Shown piece after piece: positions 60,601-64,000 of a stretch of DNA of 64,000 bases. Positions within the stretch are counted from its first letter, which is position 1, and each line of letters opens with the position of its first letter. Below the pieces are notes generated by a model. That model ran no database searches, was not told the origin of the DNA, and was given only the letters and a program-made list of their open reading frames with translations. A program made the translations under genes and the position numbers. Origin of the DNA: Felis catus. Lineage: Eukaryota. The stretch is taken from positions 142,974,001-143,038,000 of the forward strand of contig NC_058368.1 in assembly GCF_018350175.1 (NCBI RefSeq). The letters run 5' to 3'.

Positions 60601-62937
60601 GTGAGTGGGGGAGGGGCAGGGAGAGAGGGAGACAGGCTCTAAAACAGGCTCCAGGCTCTGAGCTGTCAGCACACAGCCGGTTGCGGGGCTTGAACCTACC
60701 AACTGTGAGATCATGACCTGAGCTGAAGTTGGATGCTTAACTGACTGAGCCAACCAGCCACCTCGCATCTTTTGAAGTTCTAAAATGCATAGACTTTGAG
60801 TATTTTCTCTATTTTTTCTGTATATTTAATCTATTTAGATTAAAATAGATTGCTAATTGGAGCTATAATTGGTTTTAAGGTAATCTAATGTTGGAATAAC
60901 ATGAAACTTTATAGCAGAGAGAACAAATTAATAAATTAGCAGTGTTAGGTGAGATGCCTTGGGCTTCTCTGCAAGAGTATTAAGTTTAGTTGCTGCATAA
61001 TAGCCTTCTAAAGTACTTTTCTGTTTCAGAATAAAACCATGTTGCAAATAATATGTAAATATATTAACATTTGGATGCAGTAACTGATTTTTGTCTTGTC
61101 AACTACACATCCACGTAGAGTGGTAATGTGATTTAATTAATAAGTGTATAGTGACTTAACGTTTTGTGTTGGCAGAAAATAGTGTCTGTTTAGTGTATTA
61201 CATTTACTTTAGTGTCTCTGTAAGAAGAGCTCAAAGAAGCCTAGTGTCTGAGGATTGTCTTACTGTTAAATGGTAGCATTTGATCCCTGGTAAATGACTC
61301 CAGAAACTTTATTATTGAGAGATGTTCTATAGTTTTGTTTTCTCGTTCTTTTAATAGTTTAACTTTCCTAAAACTTGGTACAAAATCATTATCTCAAAGA
61401 AAGTCATCCACTTTTAAGTGGAATAAAAGATGGAGGGCTGTGAATATACGTTTTCTGGCAAGAAGGAAATTACTACCTTCACTATAAAAGGATAGTTTCT
61501 AATTTATTGTAAAAATTCATTTTAATCCATTCTTTGGTTGCTATTACACATTGACTTTTCCCCCTAGTTTTCTTACTCTTCCTTAATCTAGTTACATTTT
61601 TGATATGCCACAGCCTTGAGATGGTAAGCCATGGTGGAGGTGAGCACCTTTGCCACCAGTTAGAACTGATTTTCTGGGACTGTGCTGTGATTAGAAATTG
61701 ATCAGCTGCAGAGCGCCTGGGTGGCTCAGTCGGTTAAGCGACCAACTTTGACTAAGGTCATGATCTCATGGTTTGTGGGTTCAAGCCCTGCATCAGGCTT
61801 TGCTGATAGCTTGGAGTCTGCTTCAGATTGTGTGTCTCCGTCTCTCTCTGCCCCTCCCCCCTCATACTCTGTCTCTCTCTCAAAAATAAACATTTATAAA
61901 ATTAAAAAAAAAATTGATCAGCTGCTGTTACTTTCATAACTCTACTTTTTAATTGTAGCTAAAAATAGATGATTCAACACATGACTTAGCTACTTTTTGA
62001 ATAGTAGGTGGGTGGGCACAGGAAGAGAAACATGTATCATTTTCATATTTCTCATACCTCATCCTTTGGAAAAGTTAAGTAGTTTTGGATGTTGTGGCAA
62101 AGGAGAAAATTTAATTTTCCTATTTTTGATGTGTAAGCCAGAATACCTTAGAGTTAGGGACATAGAGAAGGAATAGAGTACAAACACCTGCTTTAAAAAA
62201 AAATAAAGTACAGGGGTACCTGGGTGGCCCATTAAACATCTGGCTCTTGATTTTGGTTCGGGTCACAATCTCAGGGTTTATGAGTTCCTGCGGAGCCTGC
62301 TTGGAATTCTCTCTCTCTCTCTCTCTGTCCCTCCCTGACCATGTGCGCGTGTGCTCTCTCTCTCTGTTTCTCTCAAAAAAACAAAACAACAACAAAAAAC
62401 CTTAAAAAAAAAAGTATGTATTTACTTGATCATGACTGAAAAAAGTATAAATGTAAATCTCCTCCCCAGTCACCTCCATTTCCCTGTCTGTGGTTCCCAT
62501 TCTCAGAGGCAATCAAATTTCTAGTGTGTCTTTCAGCTTTAGTCCTATATACAAAGATACATAGGACATACATAACTTCCCATCTTCTTAACATTCAAAT
62601 GGTAGCATTCTACATACTGTTATATATATATATTTTTTTTCTCTTAACAGGCTGCATTTTATTTTATTTGTTTAATTTTTTTTAATATTTTTTATTTTTG
62701 AGACATAGGGAGACAGAGCATGAATGGGGGAGGGACACAGAGAGAGGGAGACACAGAATCTGAAACAGGCTCTGGGCTCTGAGCTGTTAGCACTGAGCCC
62801 AATACGGGGCTCGAACCCACGAACCGTTAGATCATGAGCGGAAGTCAGACACTTAACCAACTGAGCCACCCAGCTGCCCCAGCTGCATTTTTTTTAATGG
62901 CTAAATAGTATTCTGCTGAATGTATATTTTTTTTGAT

Positions 62938-62976
<39 letters not shown>

Positions 62977-63845
62977 CTGTTAAAATAGCGTATCTTTTCC
63001 CACATGTACTAGTATATCTGTGAGCTAAGGTAGATTTCTATAAGGGGAATTTCTGGGTCAAAGAATGCATTTTGATTAAAATTGTTTTCTGTAGAGGTAC
63101 ACCAGTTTACTCCCTCTCAAACAAAAGGAGGTTGCCTTTTGTTTCTACATCCTTTTCAAGACTAAAGTGTATTTTCATTTAAAAAAAATATTTTTAAATG
63201 TTTATGAGAGAAAGCATGTGTGCACATGCACTGAAGGTGGGGAGGTGGGGGGGGTGGGGAGGTGGGGAGGTGGGAGGGTGGGGGTGGGGGGCAGGGGGAG
63301 AGGGAGACAGAATCCCAAGCAGGCTGAGCACTGTCAGCACAGAGCCCAATGTGGGGCTCAAACTCTTGAACTGTGAGATCATGACCTTAACCAAAAATAG
63401 AGTCAAATGCTTAACCTACTGAGCCACCCAGTCACACCAAGAGTATGTTTTCAAAAACTTTTTGGTCTTACTGGTGACAGGTTTTAGTTTGTAATTTATT
63501 TTGCAATTCTCTTATGAGTAAGTTTTCATTTGTTTAGGAGTCATTTCTTTGAATCCATTACATTCTTTACCTATATTTGTATTGTTTGTGGAAATTGTCT
63601 ATGTGTTGAAAGTATTTTTCCTTTAATAATTTGCCTCTTGGGGTGCCTGGGTGGCTGTCGGTTAAGCATCCAACTTTGGCTCAGGTTGTGATCTCCCCGT
63701 TTGTGAGTTCAAGCCCTGCATCAGACTCTGTGCTGACAGCTCAGAGCCTGGAGCCTGCTTTGGATTCTGTGTCTCCCTTTCCCTCTGCTCATGCTCTGTC
63801 TCGCTCTCTCTCAAAAATACATAAATGTTAAAAAAATTTTAAAAA
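52637..63845. mobile_element. SINE-dense part of JMY intron 1 (well over ten CAN-SINEs in both orientations, plus MIR and L1 remnants)
   Basis: Repeated SINE heads and tails at about 52637, 53297, 53532, 54268, 55140, 55755, 56120, 56345, 56550, 57550, 58197, 60560, 61712, 62214, 62675, 63190 and 63640. L1-like sequence at about 62400-64000. Confidence 0.9.
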
Positions 63846-64000
63846 ATAATTTGCCCCTTTATTTTATTTTGTATGCCTTTGTAGCCAGATGAAAATTTTT
63901 GCAGCAAAATTTATTAGTCTGTTTTGATAGTATCTGGATTTTGAGTCACGCTTTAAAGCCTCTCATGATGAGATTATTTAAAGCAAGAACAAATAAACAA

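Larger units (their letters stand above)
44993..64000 (+). other. JMY: JMY intron 1 (continues beyond the window)
   Basis: Starts at the GTAAGA donor. The rest is T-rich non-coding sequence with many SINEs, and no JMY-like coding exon is recognisable before the window end. Confidence 0.85.

Noticed and set aside
5871..63700. tRNA-like A/B-box sequences (TGGCTCAGTCGG...GTTCGAGCCC)
   Set aside because: These are tRNA-derived SINE heads followed by the SINE body and tail. I saw no stand-alone tRNA gene.
4819..63831. Dozens of 60-150 aa ORFs of the MAQSVKRPTSAQVMIS... / RERETEHE... type
   Set aside because: Translations of CAN-SINEs and microsatellites, not genes.
1..64000. CRISPR arrays, operons or other prokaryotic/viral systems
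   Set aside because: The sequence is mammalian. It has no regularly spaced repeat-spacer array and no recognisable non-retroviral viral ORF.

Overview
Mammalian genomic DNA, almost certainly from a felid (cat family), judged by the dense Felidae-type CAN-SINEs (tRNA-derived head, CT-rich linker, A-tail). The only gene I can identify is JMY on the + strand. It has a CpG-island promoter at about 43.2-45.0 kb and first coding exon 43964-44992, and the rest of the window is intron 1; exon 2 is not in the window. The upstream 43 kb is intergenic and rich in LTR elements: ERV1-class solo LTRs with target-site duplications (TSDs), a nested MER4-group-like provirus remnant at 21-26.5 kb, and a decayed ERV-L provirus at 36.5-41.2 kb with recognisable protease, RT, RNase H, integrase and dUTPase remnants. 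It also contains MaLR, MER21-like, MER5A, MIR and L1 fragments. Repeat family names are from memory of consensus sequences, and many boundaries are approximate. The most interesting unexplained signals are two sets of repeat-free segments with splice-site geometry. One is a possible decayed multi-exon gene on + at about 1.1-7.75 kb. The other is a possible spliced transcript or decayed gene on - running away from the JMY CpG island. Both are inferences I cannot confirm without homology searches. I cannot demonstrate a novel biological system from the sequence alone.
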